A stretch of 64,000 nucleotides of DNA from an uncultured Chloroflexia bacterium (GCA_963749705.1 CAVVNQ010000006.1:128001-192000); one strand, 5' to 3'; shown: positions 10,622-20,981, counted from the first letter of the stretch. The notes: generated by a model not told the origin, from the letters alone. Program-made: numbers and translations.

Positions 10622-11551
10622 CTGGGTCCCTCACTGGCAGCCGGTCCACGAACGCCCGGATCAGCAGGTTGGTGCGCACCGGCTCCCGCGCGGGCAGGAT
10701 GTGCCCCGAGCCCTCGAACGTGACCAGCTCGCCGCCGGTCGCCGCGCCAGTGCCTCGCCATGCGCGTGGCGGACGATGCGGTCCTCGGATCCGTGCAGCA
10801 CGAGGACCGGGCAGCGGACCTGTCGGGCAAGCGCGGTCAGCTCGTCACGGTCGCCGAGCGTCGGCGCGTCCTCGGTCCGCAGCAGCGTCTCGGCATCGGT
10901 GTCGAGGCCCCAGCCCACGCAGTCCTCGATCGGCTTGGTCGAATGGGGCTCGTAGACGCACTCGGCGAAGAAGAACTCGAGGAAACCCCGGTAGTCGCGG
11001 CGCCAGTAGTGGCGGTTGTACTTGTCCCAGCCCTCGTAGACCTCGAGCTCGTCGTCGAACGAGGCGCCCTTCACGACGGACGGGTCCGGCGGCGCGAGCG
11101 GCAGCGCCGGACCGATGAACACCGCGCCCGCCACCCGCTCAGGATGCGTGGCGGCGAGCAGGAGCGACCACTGCGCCCCCATCGAGAGCGAGACGAGCAC
11201 CGCGCGCGGGGTCGAGGTCGCGTCCATGACCGCCAGCGCGTCTGCGCTGAACTCCCCGACCGCGTACGCCGCGACCGACGCGGGCCGGTCCGAGCGGCCG
11301 TTGCCGCGGCCGTCGAACGCGAGCACCCGGTACGACCGGGCGAGGTACGGGACCTGTGCCTTCCACAGCCGGGCATGCACGATCGACCAGCTCGGCATCA
11401 GCAGGATCGTGGGCGGATCGCCCGGCGCGACGTCGGCCGGCCCGTACCGGTCCCATGCCACGCGGACGCCATCGCGGTCGATGAACCCGCTCTCGTCGGG
11501 CAGGCGGGGACGCGAAACCGGTGGATCGATGGCAGGGGACGCGATCACCAT
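10618..11551 (-). CDS. alpha/beta fold hydrolase with frameshifts near the 3' end
   Basis: FDGRGNGRS, nucleophile elbow SLSMG, VLHGSED; RBS AGGAGG; probable stop overlaps the glycosyltransferase ATG (ATGA). Confidence 0.85.
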
Positions 11552-12295
11552 CGTCGCCAGATTGTCCTCCTGCTGTCACCCCGGTTGCAGCCGTCAGCCC
11601 GGCGACCGCCATCGCGGTTCCCATCGGCCCCGGCAGGCGACCCACCGTCGTCATCGACCGGCATCCCGTGCTGCTCGACGGCCCGAAGCAGGGCGCCGAC
11701 CTTGCGCAGGGCGCTCCGGGTGGGCATCTCGTCCTCGTCGAAGCCCAGCAGGAGCATCGGCTCGGCGCCCACGAACGGGAGGCCCATCAGCGCCCCGACC
11801 TCCGGCGCGGTGAACGGGCCAAGACTCCACCCCGTCCTGCTCGACCCGCCGCGCGACATCGGTGAGCAGCCGGAACCAGCCACCCACCAGCTCGCGGACG
11901 GCGCTCGCCAAGGCCGGGTCGGACCAGCTGGCGGCGACCATCTCCTGGAGCACCCGCACATAGCCGGAGCGCAGGTCTTCGTCGAGGTAGTCGCACGCCT
12001 GCTCCCATTGCCGCCACAGCGGCTGGGGTCCCGCGTACATCTCGGCCTGCCGCTCGAGCAGCCGCTCGTTCTCGGCGGCAAGGATCCGCAGCACGAGCTG
12101 GCGTTTCGAGCCGAAGTGATAATGGATCTGGCTGAGCGGCACCGCTGCGGCGTCGGCGACGCGGCGGGTCGACAGCCGCGCATCGCCATCCTCGAGCAGG
12201 CAGGCTCGGGCAGCGGCCAGGATCGCCGCAGGCGCATCCCTGGGTCGCGCCTCGATGCCATCCGCCGATGGCTCGGTCGTACCCGCTCCGGTCAC
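11545..12295 (-). CDS. TetR/AcrR family regulator, frameshift near 11825; ends approximate
   Basis: HTH ILAAARACL...LSTRRVADAAAVPLSQIHYHFGSK. Confidence 0.85.
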
Positions 12296-12396
12296 GATGG
12301 CCGGGGAGCCCGGAGCGGCGCCGTCCGATCCATTCGCTGCACGCCACGCCCGACTCACCCGATGAGGATACCTGCGCCCATCGGCCGTCCGTCCGG

Positions 12397-13198
12397 TCAG
12401 CTCGCCAGGATCGTGCCGCCGGCAAGCAGCAGCACGACGCCCAGGCCTGCCCAGGCGGCGGCCGCCGGGCCGGTTCTTCTCCACCGCCATCACGACGCCC
12501 GCGCCGAGCATCCAGGCGAGGTTGCCCATCCCGAGCGAGAACAGGACCAGCATGACGGACCAGCAGCGCCGACGCAGTACGCGGCGTGGCGGATCCCGAT
12601 CTCGAACGCCTCCCGGCCCGGCCGGGCGGCATGCCAGTGGCCCATGACGAACATGAGCGGCGAGCGGCACGCCTCGAGGCAGCGGTACTTGAGCAGGCGT
12701 GAACTGGTAGGCGCCGGCAGCGAGCAGGGTCAGTGCCACGACGACATTCGGGTGCGCCGACAGCCACGGGATGGCATCGACCGCGGCATGCACGCCCAAG
12801 TCCATGACGAACAGCGCGAGGCCGACTGCGGTCCAGGTGGCGACGTACCCGCCGACCACGAGCAGGGCCAGCCGGTCGGGATGCGGCCGGCGGCCGACCA
12901 CCGCGCGGAAGGTCGCCAGCAGCGGCAGGCTGGTCGGCAGCATCATCGCCACCGTCATCAGCAGCCAGCCGGCGACGAACAGCGCGATCGTCAGCGGCGA
13001 CAGCCCGTCGGCATCGAGATCGCGATGATCGAGGTAGCGCGCGGCGGGCGAGGTGCTCCACGCCCAGAGCGCGGCCCAGGCGATGCCCACCAGCGCGACG
13101 AGGACCACGAGCAGCAGCCGGCCGCCCCGGACCGCGGGACGCGACGGCGGCCGCGCCCCGCTTCGACCGATTGCCGGGAGGCCTGGAATGGCGGTCAT
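12397..13198 (-). CDS. DUF2182 predicted metal-binding membrane protein, frameshifted
   Basis: W.LMTVAMMLP, AGAYQFTP.K..CL..CRSP, CWSVML, MAVEK. Confidence 0.82.
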
Positions 13199-13208
13199 CC
13201 GGGTCGCC

Positions 13209-13820
13209 CTACGCGGCGAACTTGAAGTGACCCTGGATCGCGTTGTGGTCGCGCAGGTCCTTCACGTCGGGAAGGCCGTGTCGTGAGCCATCGCGGCTGA
13301 AATGGCTGGCCACGGACACGTACGCCGGTGACCCCGGGATGGTGCTGAACGCCGTCTCCTGGAGCACGGTCGGCAGGCCGGTCGCGCCGTGGAGCGGCGC
13401 CAGCTCGGCATCGGCGATGTCGCCGATGCGCAGCATGCCCTTGCCGCCCTCGACGGTGAACGTGATCGGTGCTCGCTCGACGGCGACGACCTCGCCGATG
13501 AGGCCGGCGAGGTCCGCGATGGCTCCGCCCGCCTGACCGGTGAACACCTTGAGCAGCGCGGCCTGCTGCTCATCGGTCGAGCGATCGTCGACGAACACGG
13601 CGGCCTTCCACGAGCCCGGCGTAAGGACGTTGCCCGGGATGTGGACCGACAGGGCGACGGTGAGCCCGGAGACGTCGACGCCTTCGATCGTCCCCTTGTC
13701 GATCCCCCAGGCAAGCGCCGAGTCGCACTTGCCGCCGTCAGGATCCAGCCCGACCCAGCACGGGCAGACCACTGCACACGTGCAGACTTCGAGCAGCCTG
13801 CCTTCGACTTCGTAGGACAT
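13209..13820 (-). CDS. DUF1326 domain protein
   Basis: LEVCTCAVVCPCW...C...W.I..G..EGVDVSGL, D.R..DEQ..AL..VF.G.AGG. Confidence 0.88.
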   Translation of the reverse strand: MSYEVEGRLLEVCTCAVVCPCWVGLDPDGGKCDSALAWGIDKGTIEGVDVSGLTVALSVHIPGNVLTPGSWKAAVFVDDRSTDEQQAALLKVFTGQAGGAIADLAGLIGEVVAVERAPITFTVEGGKGMLRIGDIADAELAPLHGATGLPTVLQETAFSTIPGSPAYVSVASHFSRDGSRHGLPDVKDLRDHNAIQGHFKFAA

Positions 13821-13891
13821 CGGGACGCCTCCGCTGTGTGCGCGGACCTCGGTCGGGACGCCGGCGTTCGCGCGGGGGTTGGTTGCTTCGG

Positions 13892-13944
13892 TCGGTCGAT
13901 CGACCGAATAGGCGCATTGTGCGAATGTCGCGCCACGGTGTCAA
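13892..13944 (-). promoter_or_regulatory. sigma70-type promoter with a perfect 16-bp palindromic operator at the start site
   Basis: TTGACA (13944-13939), 17-nt spacer, CACAAT (13921-13916); palindrome TCGGTCGATCGACCGA at 13892-13907. Confidence 0.75.
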
Positions 13945-13992
13945 GAGGGGACCTTCGAATCCGCGTGGTTCGTCGGCGGACGCCGCGTCCCG

Positions 13993-14912
13993 TCAGCCTT
14001 CCGGCAGACGTGCCTCCGGACCGTGGGGCGTATCGCGGACCTCGAGCAATCCCTCCCCACCGAGCGCGACGAGCGCTTCGCGGACCGAGGCGGGGTCATG
14101 GCCGCCGATCGGGTCTCCAAACGGGATCAGCGCGCCGTCGGCGGCTTCCCGGGTACGCGCGATGATCCGGCCCCGCAGCCAGCGGGTGGTCGATGGGAAC
14201 GCCGCAGCCGGGCGTCGCGCGCTCGCGCCGACGGAGGCCGGTCGGGGCGCCGCCCGCTCCCCCGCCGCGTACCGGCACCAGGCGATCGCCGGGCAATCGG
14301 CGCAGCGCGGGTTCCGCGGCGGCACAACCCCGCCCCGACGTCCATCAGCGCGTGCGTCCAGTCCCCCGCCCGGTCGGGCGGGACCACGGCGTCGGCCAGC
14401 GCCTGGAGCTCCGCGGGCGCAAGCGCCTCGGCCCCGCCGGCCGCGATCCGCCCCAGGACCCGCCGGACGTTGGTGTCGACCGCCCCGACCGGCAGTCCGA
14501 ACGCGATCGCCGCGACGGCCCGCGCCGTATACGGTCCGACGCCGGGCAGGCGCTGCAGCCCCTCCACCGAGTCCGGTACCGAGCCGCCGTGCTCGGCGAC
14601 GATCGCCTTCGCCGCCCGATGGAGATGGATCGCCCGGCGGTTGTAGCCCAGCCCGGCCCACGCTCGAAGGACGTCGGCAGCCGGTGCCGCCGCGAGCGCT
14701 TGGACCGTCGGAAAGCGGGTCATCCACGCGCTCCACGCTTCCGCGGCGCGAGCCGCCTGCGTCTGCTGCGCCATCAGCTCCGAGACGAGGATCGCGTATG
14801 GATCGCGCGTCGCTCGAAAGGCGAGCTGGCGCCCGGCCACCTCGAACCAGGCGAGGATCGCGTTGCGCAGGGCGGTCGGCAACGGCTCGGACGGCGGGTC
14901 GGGATCGGCCAC
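13993..14912 (-). CDS. mutY: A/G-specific adenine glycosylase (short form), frameshift near 14325
   Basis: DPYAILVSELMAQQTQ, WAGLGYNRRA, LPGVGPYTA, VDTNVRRV, ALMDVGA, 4Fe-4S C..RNPRCADCPAIAWC. Confidence 0.9.
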
Positions 14913-14942
14913 ACCCCTACGATACGGGTGAGGAGGCGATCG

Positions 14943-15876
14943 ATGGCGATGCGGTTCGGGGCGGCGTTCTGGATCCAGCGCGTCGGCTGGCCGGAGCTCC
15001 GCGACGGGATGCTGCACGCCGAGGCGGCCGGTTTCGACGACCTGTGGCTCGACGATCACCTGCTGTCGGACGAGGGCGACTGGCCCGATCCCAAGCTCGA
15101 GGGCTGGTCGACGCTCGCCGCTGCGGCAGCCGTCACGACCCGGGCCCGACTTGGCCTGATGGTCGCCGCGAACACGCTGCGCAACCCGGGGCTGACGGCG
15201 AAGATCACGACCACGGTCGACCACATCTCGGGTGGCCGGGCGATGCTGGGCATCGGCGGAGGATGGTTCGAGCGCGAGCACGACGCCTTCGGGTTCGATT
15301 TCGGCAGCGGGTTCGGCGAGCGGCTCGACCGACTGGGCGAGGCGGTGCCGCTGATCCGGCGCCTGCTCGACGGTGAGCACGTCACGCACGACGGCCGCTT
15401 CTACCGGTTCCGGGATGCAGTCTGCGCGCCCCGTCCGGTCCAGGCCCATCTGCCGATCCTGATCGGCGGCTCGGGTCCCCGGAAGACGCTCCCGCTGATT
15501 GCTCGCCACGGCGACATGTGGAATGCCTACGGCACGCCCGAGCAGCTGGCGGCCAGCGACGCGATCCTGCGCGCGGCCTGCGACGCGGCCGGTCGTGACG
15601 AGCGCGAGATCGAGCGGACGGTCAACCTCAACGTCGTCATCCGCGCCACGCGGGCCGAGGCCGAGCGCGACTGGGGCGGCGTACGTGGCGGCGCACCTCC
15701 CCCAGGAGGACGAGCGCGGGCTCGATGCGGGTGGTTCGCTGGACGAGGTCGCCGCGGCGTTGGCGGGGTACCGGGCCGTCGGGTTCGCGCATCCCATCCT
15801 GATCTTCCGCAGCCCGTTCGACTTCGAGACGATGGATCGTCTGCCGGAGCTCCGGGCGATGCTGGGCGAGGGGTAG
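14943..15876 (+). CDS. LLM class flavin/F420-dependent oxidoreductase, frameshift near 15675
   Basis: AEAAGFDDLWLDDHL, NTLRNPG, DHISGGR..LGIGGGW, PILIGGSG. Confidence 0.88.
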
Positions 15877-15983
15877 CCCGCGGTGGTCCGGTGCGTCCGG
15901 GCCGCACGGCACACCCACGCCGCGCATGGCGCTCGCGCCCGCTCCGGCGGACGGCGCCCTTGATCGTCGCCTCCAGGGCTCCC

Positions 15984-16167
15984 GCATACCTGGCAGGTTT
16001 ACGAGAGCGCAAACTCTCGAGGCGAACCGGGTTCGAGGCCGTCTCCGACCCAGTTCCGGTACGGCACATACGTTTCGGGTATCAGGTGCACGACAAGCAG
16101 GTACCCGATGCGCGACAAGCCGACAAGGGGGGCCGTCCAGCCGTCTCGGAAACCTGGCACGCATACG
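15984..16167. other. long imperfect rod-like palindrome in an intergenic gap (candidate ncRNA or MITE)
   Basis: Nested complementary arms CAGGTTT/AAACCTG, CGAGGCG/CGTCTCG, GGCC/GGCC, TCGGGTATC/GGTACCCGA. Confidence 0.45.
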
Positions 16168-16215
16168 CTGGATGGCAGCGCAGCCTCAGGGGCGAACGCG
16201 GCGGGCGGCCCGGCG

Positions 16216-17700
16216 TCAGGCGACCCGGACGGGCTCCCGCGCCCGCTCCTCGATCGCACCGCCCAGGCGCGCGCGCACCCTCGCAGCGGCGGCGTGCGCC
16301 TGCGAGATGCAGTCGGGCAACCCCACGCCGCGGTACGAGGCACCGGTCGTGACGACCGCGGGCCAGGCGGTCATCGCCGCCTCGATGGCCGCGACGCGGT
16401 CGAGGTGGCCAACGGTGTACCTGGGCATGGCGCCCGCGTTCCGGAACACGCGCACCAGCGACGGCGGTCCTGCGATCCGGAGCGTGCGCTCAGCATCGGC
16501 GCGCGCGGCGGCCACCAGGTCCGCCTCGGGCAGCGAGGTCCACGCGCCCTCGTCGCGTACGAACATGCGCAGCAGTAGCGTCTCGGCGGGCGCCCGGTCG
16601 GGCCACTTCTCGGACGACCAGGTACACGCGGCGATCGCGCCGCCCTCGGTCGGCGGGACGAGATAGCCGTGGCCGACGATCGCGCGCCCCACGCTCGCTC
16701 GCGGATACGCGAGCGTGACCAAAATGCTGGTTCCGTGCGGGATCGTCCGCAGCACCCGCGAGGCGCCCGGGACCTCGTCATCGAGCAGCGCCGCCGCAGG
16801 TGGCGCCGGAGTGGCGAGGATCACCGCGTCGAAGCGGCCGGCCGTCCCGTCCGCGAACGTGGCGCTCACGCCCGCACCCGCACGCGCAAGGCTCCGGACC
16901 GCCAGGCCCGTCCGGATGTCCACCCCCGCCTCGGCCAGCGAGGTCGCGAGCACATCGATGAGCGTGTCCATGCCACCCCGGAGGCTCGCGAACACGCCCA
17001 GCGGCTTCGGCATCGGCCCTGGTCCGGCGATCGGCGCCGTCGCCGCGGCAGACCTCGCCGCGGCAGCCCTCGCTGCAGCTGCACGCCGCATCGCCCGGCC
17101 GTCGGCAAGCCCCGCGAGCAGCAGGCTCCGGTGGTCGCGCTCGGCGGCTCGCAGCTGGGGAACCACCGCGTCCAGGCTGAGCTCGTCGATCGGCGTCCCG
17201 TAGACGCCGCCGACCAGGGGCCCGGCCAGCCGGTCCACCAGCGCGTTCCCGAGACGGCGCCGCAGGAACGTGCCCACGGCGACGTCATCGTCATCGAGCA
17301 CGCGGCGCCAGGCGACATCCTTCGCCATCCGCGCCTTCTCGGGCCACGAGAACAGCCGCGTCCGCGCGAACGGCATTGCCCGCGTGGGCAGCACCAGGCC
17401 CAGCCCCTCGGGCATCGGGACCAGGTCGCCGCGGTGGCGGATGTAGACCGCCCGCGGGTTCCTCGTGCCCACCAGCGCGTCGGCCAGGCCGAGCTCGCGC
17501 GCCAGGGCGACGGCCGCGGGGCGCGTGGTCAGGAACGAGTCCGGGCCACGCTCGATCACCAGGCCCTCGACCCGCTCGGTCGACACCTTGCCCCCCAGCC
17601 GGTCGCCCGCCTCGACGAGCGTGACGGGGACACCGTCGCGGGCCAGCTCCCAGGCGGCGGCGAGCCCGGTGATCCCGCCACCGACGATGAGGACGCTCAT
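16216..17700 (-). CDS. hemY: coproporphyrinogen/protoporphyrinogen oxidase (HemY/CgoX)
   Basis: VLIVGGGITGLAAA, ERGPDSF, GVYG...LS, AMPRYTVGH, GVGLPDCI. Confidence 0.93.
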   Translation of the reverse strand: MSVLIVGGGITGLAAAWELARDGVPVTLVEAGDRLGGKVSTERVEGLVIERGPDSFLTTRPAAVALARELGLADALVGTRNPRAVYIRHRGDLVPMPEGLGLVLPTRAMPFARTRLFSWPEKARMAKDVAWRRVLDDDDVAVGTFLRRRLGNALVDRLAGPLVGGVYGTPIDELSLDAVVPQLRAAERDHRSLLLAGLADGRAMRRAAAARAAAARSAAATAPIAGPGPMPKPLGVFASLRGGMDTLIDVLATSLAEAGVDIRTGLAVRSLARAGAGVSATFADGTAGRFDAVILATPAPPAAALLDDEVPGASRVLRTIPHGTSILVTLAYPRASVGRAIVGHGYLVPPTEGGAIAACTWSSEKWPDRAPAETLLLRMFVRDEGAWTSLPEADLVAAARADAERTLRIAGPPSLVRVFRNAGAMPRYTVGHLDRVAAIEAAMTAWPAVVTTGASYRGVGLPDCISQAHAAAARVRARLGGAIEERAREPVRVA

Positions 17701-17728
17701 CGGATTGCGCGCGGCGCCGCGGCCGCGA

Positions 17729-18958
17729 TCAGCCCGCAGCCGCCGCGGCGGCGGGGACGATCCCATACTGCGGGACGTTGCCCGACGGCACGTACGGGCA
17801 CAGCGGGTCGGCCTCGAGCGGATCGCCCGTCCACGCCCACGCGCGCGCCCGCGAGCCCCCGCAGATCCGCGCGTACTCGCACGCCCCGCAGCGACCCTTG
17901 AAGCCCTCGGGGTCTCGCAGGCCGCGCATCACCGGGTGGTCGCGATAGAGGTCGACGATGCTCGCCTCGCGAACGTTGCCCAGCGGGATCGGCAGGAAGC
18001 CCGACGGGTTGACCGTGCCGTCGTGGCTGATGAACACGATCCCGTTGCCGTCGCGGATGCCGAACCCGCGACCGACGGACGAGCCGGCGATCGCGTCCGC
18101 GTCCATCCCGTCGGCCTCCATCGCACGGACGGCGATCCGGCGGTAGTGCGTGGCCTCGGTCGTCTTGACCTGGAACGGCGCCGTCTTCGACAGCCCCCAC
18201 AGCCACTGGTTGAGCTTCTCCGACTCGCCCGGCGACACCTCGCGGAGCGCGGACCCGCGGCCGGTGGTGATCAGCATGAACAGCGCCCAGCGCAGGATGT
18301 CCATGCCCTTGAGCAGCTCGTAGATCGCCGGCAGGTCCGCCAGCGTCTCGTCGGTGACCAGCGTGTTGACCTGGATCGGCAGGCCCGCGGCGCGCGCCCA
18401 CCTCGCCGCCTGGAGCGTCTTGTCGAACGTGCCCGGGACCATCCGAAAGCCGTCGTGGCGCGCGGCGTCGGAGCCGTCGATCGAGAGCGAGATGTTCTGG
18501 ATCCCCGCGTCGCGCAGCGACTCCAGGACCGGCTGGGTCAGGAGCGGAGTGGCCGCAGGCGCGAGCGAGGCGCCGATCCCGCGCGCGGTGGCGGCGCGGA
18601 CGAGGTCGTGGAGGTCGGGGCGGTTGAGCGGGTCGCCGCCGGTGAACACGACGTGCGGGTAGGGGCGGCCGAACCCGGTGATGTCGTCGAGCAGGCGGTA
18701 CCCCTCCTCGGTCGTGAGCTCGAGCGGGTTCCGCTCGGCCTGCGCGGTGGCCCGGCAATGGCGGCAGGCGAGCCCGCAGGCGAGCGTCGTCTCCCAGTAC
18801 ACGAGCATCGGGGCCCGGGCGTAGACGTAGCCCTCGGCGCGAACGGCGCCCACGCCCGTGATGCCACCGGGATGGCCGCCAGGGTGCCCGCCGGGGTGTC
18901 CGCCCGGATGGCCATTTCCGGGGTGTCCGCCGGGTGCACGGTCCGTGATCGTCGTCAT
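17729..18958 (-). CDS. radical SAM/SPASM protein (TIGR04053-like, AhbD/NirJ-related) with N-terminal GGHP repeats
   Basis: YWETTLACGLACRHCRA, FTGGDPL, GIRDGNG, CGACEYARICGGSRARA..DPLC. Confidence 0.88.
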   Translation of the reverse strand: MTTITDRAPGGHPGNGHPGGHPGGHPGGHPGGITGVGAVRAEGYVYARAPMLVYWETTLACGLACRHCRATAQAERNPLELTTEEGYRLLDDITGFGRPYPHVVFTGGDPLNRPDLHDLVRAATARGIGASLAPAATPLLTQPVLESLRDAGIQNISLSIDGSDAARHDGFRMVPGTFDKTLQAARWARAAGLPIQVNTLVTDETLADLPAIYELLKGMDILRWALFMLITTGRGSALREVSPGESEKLNQWLWGLSKTAPFQVKTTEATHYRRIAVRAMEADGMDADAIAGSSVGRGFGIRDGNGIVFISHDGTVNPSGFLPIPLGNVREASIVDLYRDHPVMRGLRDPEGFKGRCGACEYARICGGSRARAWAWTGDPLEADPLCPYVPSGNVPQYGIVPAAAAAAG

Positions 18959-19905
18959 CGGATGTCTCCTCCGGCCGCCGCGGCGACCGTCTCGGGGGCC
19001 AGCGCCGCGGCGGCGAGATCGGCCAGCCCGGCGATGAATGTGGGGTCGGTGTTCATCGAGCGCGCCCGTTCGAGCCGGATGCCCGCCTCGCGGGCGACCG
19101 CCTGCGCCTCGATATCGATGTCGTAGAGCACCTCGAGGTGGTCGGCGACGAACCCGACCGGCCGGATCACGAGGTCGGTGACACCTTCGGCGGCCAGGCG
19201 CCGGATCTCGTCGAGGATGTCCGGCCCAAGCCACGGCTCGCCCGTCCGGCCGGCGCTCTGGAACGCGAAGTCGTAGCGCTCGAGGCCAAGCCGTTCCGCC
19301 ACCAGCCGGGCCGTACCCGCGAGCTCGTCGGGGTAGGGGTCGCCGTCGGCGAGGACGCGGGCGGGCAGGCTGTGCGCGGTGAACATGACCCGTACGGCGG
19401 ACGGGTCGTCGAACCGATCCAGCGCCTCGCGCGTGGTGCGCGCCATCGCCTCGATGAACCGCGGCTGGTCGTACCAGGAATCGACGTAGACGACCGCCGG
19501 AGCGCCATCGCCGAGCGAGGCCAGCGCCGCGTCGACCGCCCGGCGATACCCGGCGGCGTTGGACGACCTCTGGGGCGCCAGGGCGATGGCGACGAGGCGC
19601 TCGACACCGTCCGCCGCCATCCGCGCGACCACGTCGCCGATCCGGGGCTCGATGTGGCGCATCCCCGCGTACACCGGCATGGGCCGACCGCGCGCCGCCA
19701 GGTCCGCCTCGACCGCCGCTCGCTGCGCCTCGACGATCCGCGACAGCGGCGAACCGCCCCCGATGGCCCGGTAGCGGCCCAGGAGCTCCTCGAGCAGGTG
19801 CGGCGGCGGCGGGCTGCCGCGCCGGATGTCGGTGTAGTAGGCCTCCACCTGGTCGAGCCGGTCGGGGCTGCCATAGGCCATCAGCAGGACGGCGTCGTGG
19901 GTCAT
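18955..19905 (-). CDS. hemH: coproporphyrin ferrochelatase (CpfC)
   Basis: LLMAYGSP, YYTDIRRG, FTAHSLP, QSAGRT.EPWLGP, GFVADHLEVLYDID. Confidence 0.95.
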   Translation of the reverse strand: MTHDAVLLMAYGSPDRLDQVEAYYTDIRRGSPPPPHLLEELLGRYRAIGGGSPLSRIVEAQRAAVEADLAARGRPMPVYAGMRHIEPRIGDVVARMAADGVERLVAIALAPQRSSNAAGYRRAVDAALASLGDGAPAVVYVDSWYDQPRFIEAMARTTREALDRFDDPSAVRVMFTAHSLPARVLADGDPYPDELAGTARLVAERLGLERYDFAFQSAGRTGEPWLGPDILDEIRRLAAEGVTDLVIRPVGFVADHLEVLYDIDIEAQAVAREAGIRLERARSMNTDPTFIAGLADLAAAALAPETVAAAAGGDIR

Positions 19906-20981
19906 CGGGACGCTCCATGGTCGTGGACGAGGTCGACGAGGCGGGCGAGGTCGTCGGGATCGGTGCCCGGCAGGACGCCGTGTCCCAGGTTGAAGATGTG
20001 GCCCGGCCGGCCGTCGTTCTGGTCGAGGATCCAGCGGGCGCTCTCCTCGACGGCATCCCACGGGCCGAGCAGCAGGGTCGGGTCCAGGTTCCCCTGGACC
20101 GCGCGGTCGCCGACCAGCTCGCGCCCGTCATCGATGGCGATCCGCCAGTCGAGCCCGATCACGTCGCCGCCCGCTGCGGCCTGCTGGCGGAGGATCCCGG
20201 CCGTGCCGACGCCGAAGTGGATGATGGGCACGTCGAGCGGGGCGATGCCATCGAACAGGCGCCGCATCCACGGCGCGAGTCGGCGCTCGTAGTCGAGCGG
20301 GCTCAGGCCGCCGACCCAGGAATCGAACACCTGGACGGCCTCGGCGCCCGCGGCGACCTGCGCCGACAGGTACCGGATGGTGGTCTCGACCAGCTGGTCC
20401 AGCAGGGCAGCCCACGCCTCGGGGTTCTCGTGCATCAGCCGCTTGGTGTGCAGGAAGTCGCGCGACGGGCCGCCCTCGACGAGGTAGCACGCGAGCGTGA
20501 ACGGCGCCCCGGCGAACCCGATCAGCGGCACAGGTGATTCGGCGCGGACCAGACGGATCGCCTCGAGCAGGGCTGGGACCGCTGCCTCGGGCTGGAAGGT
20601 GCGAAGCGCCCGGACGTCCGCGATCGTGCGCACCGGGTGCTCGATGACCGGGCCGACGCCCTCCCGGATGTCGAACCCGACCCCCATCCCGGCGAGCGGC
20701 GTCGTGATGTCCGCGAACAGGATCGCGGCATCGACGCCCAGGCGCCGGACCGGCTGGAGCGTGACCTCGGCGCACAGGGCCGGGTCGCGGGTGATCTCGA
20801 GCAGGGTGGCCCGTTCGCGGACCTTGCGGTATTCGGGGAGGGCCCGGCCCGCCTGGCGCATGAACCACACCGGCGTTGCGTCCACGCGCTCGCTGCGGGC
20901 GGCGCGCAGGAACCGCGCATCCGGGCGAGGCTCGGGAGCCGGGGCGACGGGGAGCGGCCCTCGCAGCGCCTTCACGGTCAT
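19902..20981 (-). CDS. hemE: uroporphyrinogen decarboxylase
   Basis: PVWFMRQAGR, DAAILFADI, GFAGAPFT, FNLGHG. Confidence 0.96.
   Translation of the reverse strand: MTVKALRGPLPVAPAPEPRPDARFLRAARSERVDATPVWFMRQAGRALPEYRKVRERATLLEITRDPALCAEVTLQPVRRLGVDAAILFADITTPLAGMGVGFDIREGVGPVIEHPVRTIADVRALRTFQPEAAVPALLEAIRLVRAESPVPLIGFAGAPFTLACYLVEGGPSRDFLHTKRLMHENPEAWAALLDQLVETTIRYLSAQVAAGAEAVQVFDSWVGGLSPLDYERRLAPWMRRLFDGIAPLDVPIIHFGVGTAGILRQQAAAGGDVIGLDWRIAIDDGRELVGDRAVQGNLDPTLLLGPWDAVEESARWILDQNDGRPGHIFNLGHGVLPGTDPDDLARLVDLVHDHGASR

Noticed and set aside
11651-13198. DUF2182-TetR fusion
   Set aside because: DUF2182 ends at 12397 in another frame; the apparent read-through comes from several indels
16023-16035. 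LexA box CGAAC..GTTCG
   Set aside because: The spacer is 3 nt rather than 4, and the site lies between convergent gene ends
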